A stretch of 64,000 nt of DNA from Eledone cirrhosa (taxonomy: Eukaryota). The stretch lies in assembly GCA_964016885.1 (NCBI GenBank), contig OZ024744.1:98952001-99016000 (forward strand). Direction: 5' to 3'. The first letter of the stretch is position 1. The number at the start of each line of letters is the position of its first letter. Shown here in pieces: positions 26,791 through 39,800 of this stretch. The notes under the pieces are model-generated. The model was not told the DNA's origin. It did no database searches and saw only the letters and a list, made by a program, of their open reading frames with translations. A program made the translations under genes and the position numbers.

Positions 26791-26825
26791 ATATTGTGTT
26801 GTTTATTATGTAATTAAATTTTATA

Positions 26826-27325
26826 TATATATATATTACTAAAAGTCTGTGATTGCTTACTTGTTTGTCTGTAATGTAATACAGCCAAAAGGGCGCATAA
26901 TGGGAAAATACTTTGAAAGGAAGTTGACCCTGAAATGGGAATACAAATGGAATAAAACAAGTTTCGCGTAAATCAGAGCACAGGTTCCCGAGATACAGGG
27001 TTTTTGAAATTCTATTCACTTAAAAATATTTTTTTAATAATGAAAATATTGTCTACGTCCGATTTATGCCAAACTTGTTTTATTCTGTTTGTATTCCCAT
27101 TTCAGGGTTATGTTACTTTCAGAGTATTTTCCCATTATGCAGGTACCAAGAAAACCCCATATCTCGGGAACCCATGCTCCGATTTACGCGAAACTTGTTT
27201 TATTCCATTTGTATTCCCATTTCAGGGTCAACTTCCTTTCAAAGTATTTTCCCATTATGCGCCCTTTTGGCTGTATTACATTACAGACAAACAAGCAATC
27301 ACAGACTTTTAGTAATATATAGATA
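26826..27325. mobile_element. Inverted pair of Helitron-like 5' ends forming a foldback
   Basis: 26830-27005 is the reverse complement of 27150-27320; an internal direct repeat lies at 27060-27140. Confidence 0.7.
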
Positions 27326-28027
27326 GATATATAAATTGTAGAGTTTTATTTTATTTTTTCTTGATGTTACAATTTTGTAAAATATAATGTACAAACTTAT
27401 AATTGTTCTAGTTTAACCACAGTTCAACCCTGCTCAAGTGGAACTATGATCAAAGGCATTCCAGTGATGACCACTCTGTCTTATTTTCAGGTGTAATTTA
27501 TACCATCCAATGTGTCCTGTTTTAAGACGGTGTGGTGGAAGTTAGTTATTGTTGTTGTTTAATACTTTAGCATTTACATTATTCTATATTTACTATTATA
27601 TTTTCACGGTAAAGGCTTTACCTCCCGTAATATCGAATCTATGAGATTTTGATATTATTTATTTTGAGAACAATACCTTAACACCTGTATGAGTGGCCAT
27701 TTACAGCTGGTTTGAACAGAAAGAGTTGCGAGAATTCTGGCCGGATATGGCTAGTTTAAGTGCTAAAGGGTTAAACGCATGCCAAACCTAATTAAGAAAA
27801 ACCTGTGATCAAAAGGCATCACAGACATGGCCATTCTGAAATTTGGCATATCCAAAACGTCTTTCCTTTTTTCAAGACAGACAGTTGTCATTTGTGGGAT
27901 ATTTGGCTGCTATTTTTAGCAATCACATAGCAGCCCCCTTGTTAGTTCATCAAGAATGTTCTACAATTAAGTGGTGTATTGTAAGTGAATTAGATCCCAT
28001 CTTGGTAAATACCATCAAAGTCATTCT

Positions 28028-28099
28028 TTACTTTTGGAGAGTCCTGAGTTCATTTTCCCACAGTGGTTTCATTACATTCACAAACGACCAGTAATTTGT
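28028..28099 (-). CDS. CEP15: CEP15-like terminal coding exon
   Basis: aatttcag|ACA AAT TAC TGG; [23 protein letters not shown]. Confidence 0.8.
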   Translation of the reverse strand, partial: TNYWSFVNVMKPLWENELRTLQK

Positions 28100-30791
28100 C
28101 TGAAATTATAATTGAGATCAGTTCAGTCCTCATAATAACCCTTTCATTACTTTATTTTTTTAGGAAAAACATTACCTGAGGTTGTTTTAAATAATTTCAA
28201 ACATAATCGAGAATTTAGAGGGGTTTAGTAATGTGACTTTCTCATTATTATTAGGATATTTGAAATATAACAAAAATTCTTACATGAAATATAATGAAAT
28301 GTTTGTATATTACACCCCCCCCCCCCACACACACAAGATGTAGTTTAGTATCATAGAACCAGGTGAGATTTCAGGTAGTTTGATATCAGCAGGGTTAAAC
28401 TAGCAATAGTAGAATTTTATAATAAACATGGAGGAAAAAAGGGAAAGAAGTTGATCAAATCAAACCAAGAAAGCAATGTTTCCATTGGTCTTTCCATTAC
28501 TGGTACTATCTGCTAGTTACAACTCCTGTCAGAAAAAAGAAATTGATTCATAACCGACCAAGGAAGCAATGTTTCCATTGGTCTTTCCATTACTGATACT
28601 ATCTGCTAGTCACAACTCCTGTCAGATCAAACCAAGGAAACAATATTTCCATTGGTCTTTCCATTACTGGTACTATCTGCTAGTTATAACTCCTGTCAGA
28701 AAAAAGGAATTGATTCATAACCAACGAAGGAAGCAATGTTTCCATTGGTCTTTCCATTACTGCTACTATCTGCTAGTCACAACTCCTGTCAGAAAAAAGG
28801 AGCTGATTGTCAGATCAAACCAAGGAAACAATATTTCCATTGGTCTTTCCATTACTGGTACTATCTGCTAGTCACAAATCCTGTCAGATCAAACCAAAGA
28901 AGCAATGTTTCCATTGGTCTTTCCATTATTGGTACTATCTGCTAGTCACAACTCCTGTCAGAAAAAAGGAGCTGATTGTCAGATCAAACCAAGGAAACAA
29001 TATTTCCATTGGTCTTTCCATTACTGGTACTATCTGCTAGTCACAAATCCTGTCAGATCAAACCAAAGAAGCAATGTTTCCATTGGTCTTTCCATTATTG
29101 GTACTATCTGCTAGTCACAACTCCTGTCAGAAAAAAGGAGCTGATTGTCAGATCAAACCAAAGAAGCAATGTTTCCATTGGACTTTCCATTACTGATACT
29201 ATCTGCTAGTCACAACTCCTGTCAGAATAATGGAGCTGATTGTCAGATCAAACCAAAGAAGCAATGTTTCCATTAATGTTTACATTACTCTCCTAACAGT
29301 TCCCTTTTTAACCTAGACCCCTAATTTTAAGTTCTAGTTCTGTGATTACCATTTTACACAGCCAGGTATTTTTATTCTTAATACTCCTCAATTTTCTAGC
29401 CTGCAGTTAATAATTTTCTTCTGTGGACTTGACATAGAAAAATGTTTTTAAACATTGATTTCATAATAAGTGTAACTTTTGCAACGGTGATGTTGATGGT
29501 GATGATGATGATCATACAGAAATGAATTCTTTGGAGGCACATGGCTTAGTGGTTAGAGCATTAGCCTTGCAATCGAAAGGTTGTGAGTTCAATTCTCAGA
29601 CCGGGTGATGTGTTGTTTCCTTGAGCAAGACACTTTATTTCACATTGCTCCAGTTTACTCAGCTGTAGAAACGAGATGATAGGGACTGGCGTCCTTATCA
29701 TTCCACTGCAAAGTGATCGTGGAGGTGCCACGGCAAAAAAGCACCCAGCACTCACTGTAAATGAGGTTGGTGTTAGGGAGGGCATCCAGCTGTAGAAATC
29801 AAACCAGAATCAGTTCCCGTCCCACCCTTGCAAGCAGGGAAAAGTGGACGTAAAAAATGAAATGAAAAAAAATGAAAATTTATTAAAGTTTTAAAATAAT
29901 GATAAAAAAAAGTAACCCACCCTCCCTTGTAGTGCTTCACACCCTCCCACATCCACATTTCACCTTCCTTGTCCAATCCATGTCACCATGGAAGAAAGAT
30001 GTGTTCCCTATTCCCAACTACATCCCTGTTACTTATTAAAGTAACAGGGATGTAATTTGCATTGCTGTGGCTCTCAAAAAGCACACTATTATCTACAGTT
30101 TCCACATTGCATTAACCCATTAGCATTTACATTACTCTATATATACTATATTATTTTCATGGTAAAGGCTTTATCTCACATCATATTGAATCTATCAGAT
30201 TTTGATATTATTTATTTTGAGAACAATACCTTAACATCAGTATCAGCGGCCAGTTACGGCTGTTTTGAATTCTAACCCGATATTGTTGGTTTAAATGCTA
30301 AAGGGTTAAGTAAACTATAATACCCTCTTATTTAAAGCTTATTTTTAAATCGTAAAATGAATTTATTTATAATTTCAAAATAAATGGAAAGTTTTATTCA
30401 AAACTAGACCACCCATGATCCATTGGGTCACGTTCACTTAAAAAATAATTTTTAAATAATTAAAATATACACGGACATGTATACGATGTAAAATGAAATT
30501 GGTACTATCTGCTAGTCACAACTTCTGACAGAAAGAGCAATGTGAAATAAAGTATTTCGCTCAAGAATACAACATGGCTCCTACTTTAAGACAGTTTTTT
30601 TTTTTTTTTAAATCATGAACCAGATTCAGGCAGTCTGTTATCAAAAGGGTTAAATATTTATTGTATATATGATAATGATGGCAATGGTGATGATGATGGC
30701 AATGGTGATGGTGATGATGATGATGATGATGATGGCAATGATGATGATGATGATGGTAATGATGATGATGATGATGGTAATGATGATGGTA

Positions 30792-30827
<36 letters not shown>

Positions 30828-33800
30828 GCAATGATGATGGTGATGGTGATGATGATGATGATGGCAATGATGTGATGATGATGATGATGGTCATTATGAT
30901 GCTGATGATGATGATGATGGTGGCGATGATGATGATGATGATGATGATGGCAATGATGATGATGATGGCAATGATGATGATGATGATGATGAGGGTGATG
31001 ATGGTGATGGTGATGATGTCATCATCATCATCATCGTTTAATGTCCATCTTCCACGCTAGCATTGGTTAGATGGTTTTGTTCCATTTGATGCGAGAATGG
31101 TAGGGAGACCGTGTCTCACTCGTACGGAAGTGTCTTTGGCAGGTTTTTTTTACAGTTGGATGCCCTTCCTAACACCAACCACTTTTACAGTGTGGACTGG
31201 GTGCTCACCTACACATCATCATCATCAACATCATTTTTACGTCCGCTTTTCCCTGCTTGCAAGGGTGGAGCGGCAACTGACTCTGGCTTGATTTCTACAG
31301 CTGGATGCCCTTCCTAACACCAACCTCATTTACAGTGAGTGCTGGGTGCTTTTTTTGCCGTGGCACCTCCACAACCACTTTACAGTGTGGGCTGGGTGCT
31401 ATTTTGCCATGGCACCTCCACGACCACCGGGTGTATATTGGGTTAAGAGGTGCCTACTGACTAGGTTTAAGTTTGTATGCAAGGGAAGGCGGGATTTCTG
31501 TATAAATGCATAGAGCCAAAGATCTCGATCCAGTGACATTGTCTTAGAGAGGTGTAAGTGAGCAAGGTCAGTTTTGATCACCTCATCCCGGGTTTTTCTT
31601 GGTCTACTTACTCCGTAGCTTCCATCAATTTTCATATATGGGGGCTTTCAAAAAGGTTAAAATAGTAGAAACTTTCTTACTTCCATAATTTTTAACCTTG
31701 TTGTTGGTACATTGTTTTCTTCCATTAATTTTAATCTTTCTTGAGCTGAATTTATTTCCTGAAGATGGAAACAATATCTTTCAGATTACATGAAAATAAG
31801 GCAGTAAAGAAATATGGATATATTATATTTTTGGGGAAATGGAAAGTCGATTAAATTGAGCCTAGTGCATTACTGGTACAACCTATAATAATAGGTGCTC
31901 TAGGAATGATAAAAAAAACACACAGACAAATACATGGCCAAAACCCCCAGGACTTACAAATATATACAGCATACAATTACGAAAAGTACTATCAATACAA
32001 TATAAACATCAGCAAAAACTACACTGCACATACCCAGGGTACACACAGCTGTAATGATGTGCAATAAAAATAATAATGGAAATAATGATAATAACAATAA
32101 TTGTTTCTACTTTAGGCACAAGGCCAGCAATTACCCAATGTATTGCTGGTACTTTATTTAATCGACCCCGTAAGGATGAAAGGCAAAGTCAACCTCGGCG
32201 GGACTTGAACTCAGAATGACAAGGGCCGTAACTCTATGCGTCAAAGCATAGCGTCTGACCCTAGTAATGAGTGATGGTAAAAAAATTGGATATTGGCAAA
32301 TCAGATGTCCTTCTCTGTTATTAGTCAGTGTGGTATAGTTGATTGACAAGATCCAAGACCTCACTCACTCACTGAGTGGGAGTGGAACTTGCGAAATCAG
32401 ACCAAGTAAACAATGTTTCCTTTGGTCTTTCCAATTGCTGATACTATCTACTGGTTGTAACTCCTGGGAGAAAGAAGGAGCAATTTGAAATTAAGTGTAT
32501 TGTCCAAGGACATAATTCATCGCCCAGTCTGGGAATTGAACTCACAACCTCATGATTGCTAACCACTGGCCTCAGCCACAAACCCAGTAAAACGGAGGAG
32601 AAGAGTACCTTTTTGAATTCCATGTGTCTAACACACATGGGCGTGCCTACAAAGTCAGAAATCAGCACAGCTCCCATGACTTTCAGAAACATTTTTTCAT
32701 GCTCAGAGTTGCTGGATCATGGAACAAACTACCTGCATCAGTTGTTAGCTGCCGAGACACTGCATCCTTTAAAACCTCCATGGAACAAACTACCAGCATC
32801 AGTTGTTAGCTGTCGAGATACTGTATCCTTTAAAACCTCCATGGAACAAACTACCTGCATCAGTTGTTAGTTGTCGAGACACTGCATCCTTTAAAACCTC
32901 CATGGAACAAACTACCTGCATCAGTTGTTAGCTGTCGAGACACTGCATCCTTTAAAACCTCCATGGAACAAACTACCTGCATCAGTTGTTAGCTGTCGAG
33001 ACACTGCATCCTTTAAAACCTCCATGGAACAAACTACCTGCATCAGTTGTTAGCTGTCGAGACACTGCATCCTTTAAAACCTCCATGGAACAAACTACCT
33101 GCATCAGTTGTTAGCTGTCGAGACACTGTATCCTTTAAAACCTCCATGGAACAAACTACCTGCATCAGTTGTTAACTGTCAAGACACTGCATCCTTTAAA
33201 ACCTCCATGGAACAAACTACCTGCACCAGTTGTTAGCTGTCGAGACACTGCATCCTTTAAAACCTCCATGGAACAAACTACCTGCATCAGTTGTTAGCTG
33301 TCGAGACACTGTATCCTTTAAAACCTCCATGGAACAAACTACCTGCATCAGTTGTTAGCTGTCGAGACACTGCATCCTTTAAAACCTCCATGGAACAAAC
33401 TACCTGCATCAGTTGTTAGCTGTCGAGACACTGCATCCTTTAAAACCTCCATGGAACAAACTACCTGCATCAGTTGTTAGCTGTCGAGACACTGCATCCT
33501 TTAAAACCTCCATGGAACAAACTACCTGCATCAGTTGTTAGCTGTCGAGACACTGTATCCTTTAAAACCTCCATGGAACAAACTACCTGCATCAGTTGTT
33601 AACTGTCAAGACACTGCATCCTTTAAAACCTCCATGGAACAAACTACCTGCACCAGTTGTTAGCTGTCGAGACACTGCATCCTTTAAAACCTCCATGGAA
33701 CAAACTACCTGCATCAGTTGTTAGCTGTCGAGACACTGTATCCTTTAAAACCTCCATGGAACAAACTACCTGCATCAGTTGTTAGCTGTCGAGACACTGC

Positions 33801-36800
33801 ATCCTTTAAAACCTCCATACTTCCTGAAATTTGCCAACACTACACCTAATATTCCCCCTCCATACACACTACACCTGATATCACATGTATATCATGACTC
33901 ATACACTGTTCACTTTCCTGACATTAGTACAATATTCTATGTACTATACATGCATCTTTGATGAGTTGTAGTGCACCGGAGCACTGTACACAATAATTTC
34001 ATTATTATATATATAACTAAATCCCAAGATCTGACTAACTGCTTCGTTTTTGTGATAGTTGCTGTCAAGATCTCAGTTGCCCTTGGTCCCCTTTTTTCCA
34101 ACAAAATCAGGAAGAGTGCATCAGACCGGAAGAAGGAGTCCAATGAAGTAGAACATGATGCAGCAGTATCAATGGCTGTTCTACACAGCAATGCCAGGGG
34201 GATCATGGCTGAAATATACTGCCTAGACAGGGGTGAAAAGTCTACCACCCCCTTCCCCTTTCCCCTTACTTTCACTATTTAATTTTTTTCTCTTTCTTTT
34301 TCAATTTATGCCATGTTGGCATGGGTTGAATGAAACTTTGTGAGGTAATGTTTTACATCTGGATGCCCTTCATGGCACCAACTATTTTAGTTGCTTCTTA
34401 CAACATGCATGGGTATGATGTATGTATTCTAAACTGGATACACAGCCACACAACACACAGGAATACTGTGTACCTATTATTAACCAGGAGATGGGAATTA
34501 CCTAGAGGGGTGCTAGAAAGGCCGCCAGTGACAGGATCAAGTGGAGGAAGTTCGTCGCCCAATGTTCCACAAGGGACTGGAGGAACTAAGACTAAGACTA
34601 AGACACAGCATCCAGTACACATGATAAAGTAGTTGTGATGGCGACACAGCAAAAAATACCCAGCCCACACTGTAAAATGGTCATGATGGTGACACAGCAA
34701 AAAGCACCCAGTACACACTGTAAAGTGGTCGAGTAGGTTTCATGACAAAAAACACCCAGTACTCACTGAAAAAGTGGTGGGTATTAGGAAGGGCATCCAG
34801 CTATAGAGACCAAGCCAAAACCAGTTCTGTATAAGCAAGACATAGTCACTTGACATAGTATTTCCTACAACAGTACAACTCGTCTAACCCATGCTAGCGT
34901 GGAAAAATGGACGTAAAACGGTGCTGATGAATAAACATTAAATCAGTGGTGGTAGCAGAAACATTAGTCTATTACAAGACAAGAGTGTTGAATTGTAAAC
35001 GAATATTTAAATTTTAAAGTGGTTATTGAGAAGCCGTGTATAACTGACAAGTATTTATTTAGCTCGTTGCGCTGCTACCCAGAAAAGCAAACTGGTAACC
35101 ACACAACCGTTACTTCCCTTGAACTAAGATGTAAAATATGAAGTCCTCCGTAATGACTTAATGATTTGAATGTGCTGATAGCCATACATAATGTATGTAT
35201 TTTTATGTAAGACATTCGTACTAACATACTACTGGGAGTAACGAAGGGGTTCTTTATTTGGCTCAATTTATGGTGTAAAAAAATAAAAAAGAGAAGTTAT
35301 TTAATTTATAGAACTTATCACAGCATGTCGCATCCCAGAAAAGAGGGTACATTCCGCGGAAATGCCTTTGCCATTTTGTCCAGCCGAAACACCACCCTGA
35401 CCTTTTTACTTGTAAACAAACCAAATATTAATAATATTGAATACCTTCAACAATTTTTTATATGTTAATAGTGGTAGTGGTCCACGTTTGTAACACACAA
35501 CTGCATTAAACACAACCACAAGGATATGGTCCGAACATGGAAGGGCCGAACTCCCACTATCATCGCCTCCATCTCTCTCGCCCTCCCTATATCTGTGTAT
35601 GGTGAGCAAATGGGGTCCCACGTGCTGGTCTCTCCACAACCCCGGTGGACAGAATGGAGAAGGAGACGTTTCTCAGGAGGATGGTAAGGGAGATGCGCTG
35701 GAAGAGCCATTCCTACTCGCGAGGCTCACACCTGCGGCTGGCCAGCTCAGCGTCTATGGTGGTGAGTAGGGATGTAGCCCTGGGGCCAAGGACACCAGAA
35801 GTCTCCACTGCCAAGGGCACGACTGTAAACCTGTCGGAGAGCGACCTTGGTGTAGAATCTGTCACCCTCTCTTCTTCCCTTTTATCTAATAGTCCTTGCT
35901 CTTCCCCTCCTTTTCCTCTCATTTATGGCATTTATAGTTCTTTCCAACACTGCTTTTTTTTTCTGTATGTTTGAGCAAATAAAAATTTAGAGAACTTTGC
36001 ACGCAGGCGATGACGGTGGGAGTTCGGCTCCTCTGTGTGCCGATCTGGTGTACGTGTGAGAGATGGAGGCGATGAAAGTGGGAGTTCGGCTCTTCCAGTT
36101 TCGGACCATATCCTTGTAGTTGTGTTCATTATCTATATAGAAAATTAATTAAGGCAGGCAGTTTCATTGAATTACTGAACTAGTAGTTTATTAGCATATT
36201 TCTAATGAAATGCACTTTCTATGTCTTTCAATAAAGAAAAAAGAGTTAGAGTGTTTGGCCAACCGAAATAGGCTCATAAGTCACCTCAGTGAAATCTTTC
36301 TGTAAGTAGGGATGTAGCCCTATGGCCAAGGACACCAGAAGTCTCCACTGTCAAGGGCACGACTGTAAACCTGTCGGAGAGCGACCTTGGTGTAGAATCT
36401 GTCACCCTCTCTTCTTCCCTTTTTCTTTCTCCTTTTATCTAAAAGTCCTTGCTCTTCCCCTCCTTTTCCTCTCATTTATGGCATTTATAGTTCTTTCCAA
36501 CACTGCTTTTTTTTCTGTATGTTTGAGCAAATAAAAATTTAGAGAACTTTGCACGCAATTTATGTGAGTTTGTTCTAAGTACGTTTATGGATACTTTCCA
36601 AGGCGAGCTCTTCTTCCACTAGTAATTAATTAGCAGAACAATTAATTAGCAGAAACACAAAAAGTGTAATTTATTATTATACCAGTATATAATAAGCAGC
36701 CATAGACACAGTATTACCTGTGGTGCGGAAATGCTGTGTGTGTGTCTGTGTGTGGGGGTATGTATGTATGTATGTGTGTGTGGGGGGGGGGGGTATGTAT

Positions 36801-39800
36801 ATCTGTGAGTGTGTGTGTCTGTGTGTAGAGGGTATGTATGTCTGTGAGTTTGGTGTATGTGTGTGTGTGTCAGTGTCAGTGTGTGTTGGCTTGCCTCAAA
36901 CATTATTGTGGTCTGTAATCGTGTATGAGAGAGACTGTGTGTGTGTGTGAGAGAGAGAGAGACTGTGTGTGTGTGTGTGAGAGAGAGAGACTGTGTGTGT
37001 ATGAGAGACTATGTATGTGTGTGAGAGAGAGACTGTGTGTGTATGAGAGAGAGACTGTGTATATACGTGTGTATGAGAGAGAGACTGTATGTGTGTGTGA
37101 GAGAGAGACTGTGTGTGTATGAGAGAGAGACTGTGTATATACGTGTGTGAGAGAGAGACTGTGTATATACGTGTGTGTATGTGTGTGTGAGAGAGACTAT
37201 GTATGTGTGTGTGTGAGAGAGAGACTGTGTGTATGTGAAAGAGACTGTGTATATGTGTGTGAGAGAGAGACTGTGTGTGTGTGTGTGTGTGTGTGTGTCT
37301 GCGTGAGACTGTGTATGAGAGAGACTATCATCATCATCATCATCATCGTTTAACGTCCGTTTTCCACGCTAGCATGGGTTAGACGGGAGTTGTCCCACTT
37401 GAGGCAAGGCTGGTTGGGTGACCGCGTCTCGCTCATATAGGACTATCTGGCAGGTTTTCTACGGCTGGATGCCCTTCCTAACACCAACCACATTTACAGT
37501 GTGGAACTGGGAACTTTTTACCGTGTTACCTACATGGCCACATTACAGTGTGGAGTGTGTGTGTTTTGTCGTGACACCTACACGATCTCGATACCAGTAA
37601 TGCACTGGGTAATTGCTGGCCTTGTGCCAAAAGTAGAAACAATTATCTCATTTATTTGGACTGGATGTTGTGGTACCAACTTTATAGAGAGAGGGTGGTG
37701 TTGGTGGGAGTGGGAGGATAGGGTAGGGGTAGTGGATGGGGTGTATATTTGGTTAAGAGGTGCCTACTGACTGTAGGTTTCGCTTTGTACATAGGCAAGG
37801 CGGGTCTTCTGTATTACTGCGTAGCACCAAATATCTTGGTCCAGTGACATTGTCTTAGAGAGGTATAAGTGTGTAAGGTCGGAATTTATCAGATTGTCCC
37901 AGGTTTTTCTGGGTCTACCTACTCCGTAACTACCATCAATTTTGATCGCCCTGCACTTTTTTATGCAGCTGTCGTCTTTCATGCGCATCACGTGACCATA
38001 CCAACATAGTCTTCTCTCAAGTAAACAGCATCTGATCCCTCTTATTCTTAATTTCTCACTTAGTTCATTTATGCTTTGCCGTTCACGTATATTACTATTA
38101 CACATCCAACAGAGCATGCAAGCTTTGTTCCTTTCCAGTCTGCGCAGGTCCTCTGCACACAATGCCCAGGTCTCACTGCCATGCAACATTGCTGTTCGTA
38201 TGCCGGCATCATACAGCCTGCCTTTCATTTTTAGAGAGAAACCTTTAGTGGCCAACAGCGGTATAAGCTCTCTGAACTTTTTCCATCCCGTTCTGACTCT
38301 GGCTACTGTACTTTCAGAACACCCTCCACCACTGCTGATTTCATCACCCAGGTAACGGAAAGTGTCTACTATTTCTATAGAACCATCTGGGCAATAGAAG
38401 GAGCTAGTATCCTGTGGACACCTGCTACCTATTGCACCTGAGCATCAGTCACATATAAAGTCTACATTCTTAGATAGTTTACCTGTGATCCCACTACATC
38501 TTTTATGTACCCATAGTTTGCATTTGGGACATAAAATGAAATTTCTGCCTACTCTTTTCCTACACACTGAGCATGGCCATTTCCCTGAGGGCACCTGTGT
38601 CCTATTTTCCTTTCTACAAACTAGAACTTTAGTCTTAGACAAGTTGACTTTAAGACCTTTTGATTCTAGGCCATGCTTCCATGTTTGGAATTTCTTCTCT
38701 AGTTCAGCCATAGATTCAGCTATGAGCATTAGATCATCTGCGTATAGGAATTCTCATGGGCAGCCGGTCTTAAATTCCTCTGTTATAGCCTGAAGGGCAA
38801 CAATAAATAGGAGGGGGATAAGGACAGAGCCTTGATGAACACCAACTTATACACTAAATTCTTCACAATATTCATTGTTAATTCTAACCTTACTGACTGT
38901 TTCTTTATACATGGCTTGTATAGTTCTCACAAGCCATTCATCTACACCTAGTTTTCTAAGAGCCCACCAGATAATTATGTGTATGCAAAAGGCTGTGTGT
39001 ATGTGAGAGAGACTGTATATGTGTGTGAGAGAGAGAGACTGTGTGTGCGTCCCCTTGCACTTTGTTTTTTGGTTTTTTTTCACACACTTCTTCTTCTTAG
39101 TTATTTTTAGAGAAAAGCTGAATGCATTAAATAGAGAAAGAACTAACTTAAGAAGAATGGCTGATGCAACGGGTGTTGCTGGCCATTTTCTGCTGAAATA
39201 CCTTTGCAGTTTTTTCCATGGGGTGTAGCTGAAACACTGCTCTGCCCCAGGCATAGGGCCTATCACGTTCTACCATTCCCCCTCTCTTTCTTCTATGGCC
39301 TTACAGTCCTTGCTTTACAGCTGTTGCAGCAAGTCTCACTGGCCATTGTCCGTAGAAATTCCTTTGCAGTTTTGTCTGCAGGGTGCAGGTGAAATACTGC
39401 CTGACCCACTCTCCTCTTCTCCCTCTCTTTCTTCAATAGCCTAATAGTCCTTGCTTTTCCCCTCATTTATGGCATTTTATAGTCCGTTCCTCTACTTTCT
39501 CATACAAACAGATCTGCCCTTCTTTACCTCTCACTCCTTTTTTCATTACTAGAATTTTTTTTTTCAACACGCTAACCCGTGACTATATGGGCTGCGTCAC
39601 GCAAACACAAACACACACATACATTCACACACACACACATACATTCACACAAACACACACATACATTCACACACACATACATTCACACAAACACACACAT
39701 ACATTCACACAAATACACACATACATTCACACAAACACACACATTCACACAAACACACATACATTCACACAAACACACATACATTCACACACATACATTC

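Noticed and set aside
34040-34222. Minus-strand exon-like segment in the CEP15-like intron
   Set aside because: Phase 2-2 in a phase 0 intron; the plus strand looks like a decayed CRE C-terminus.
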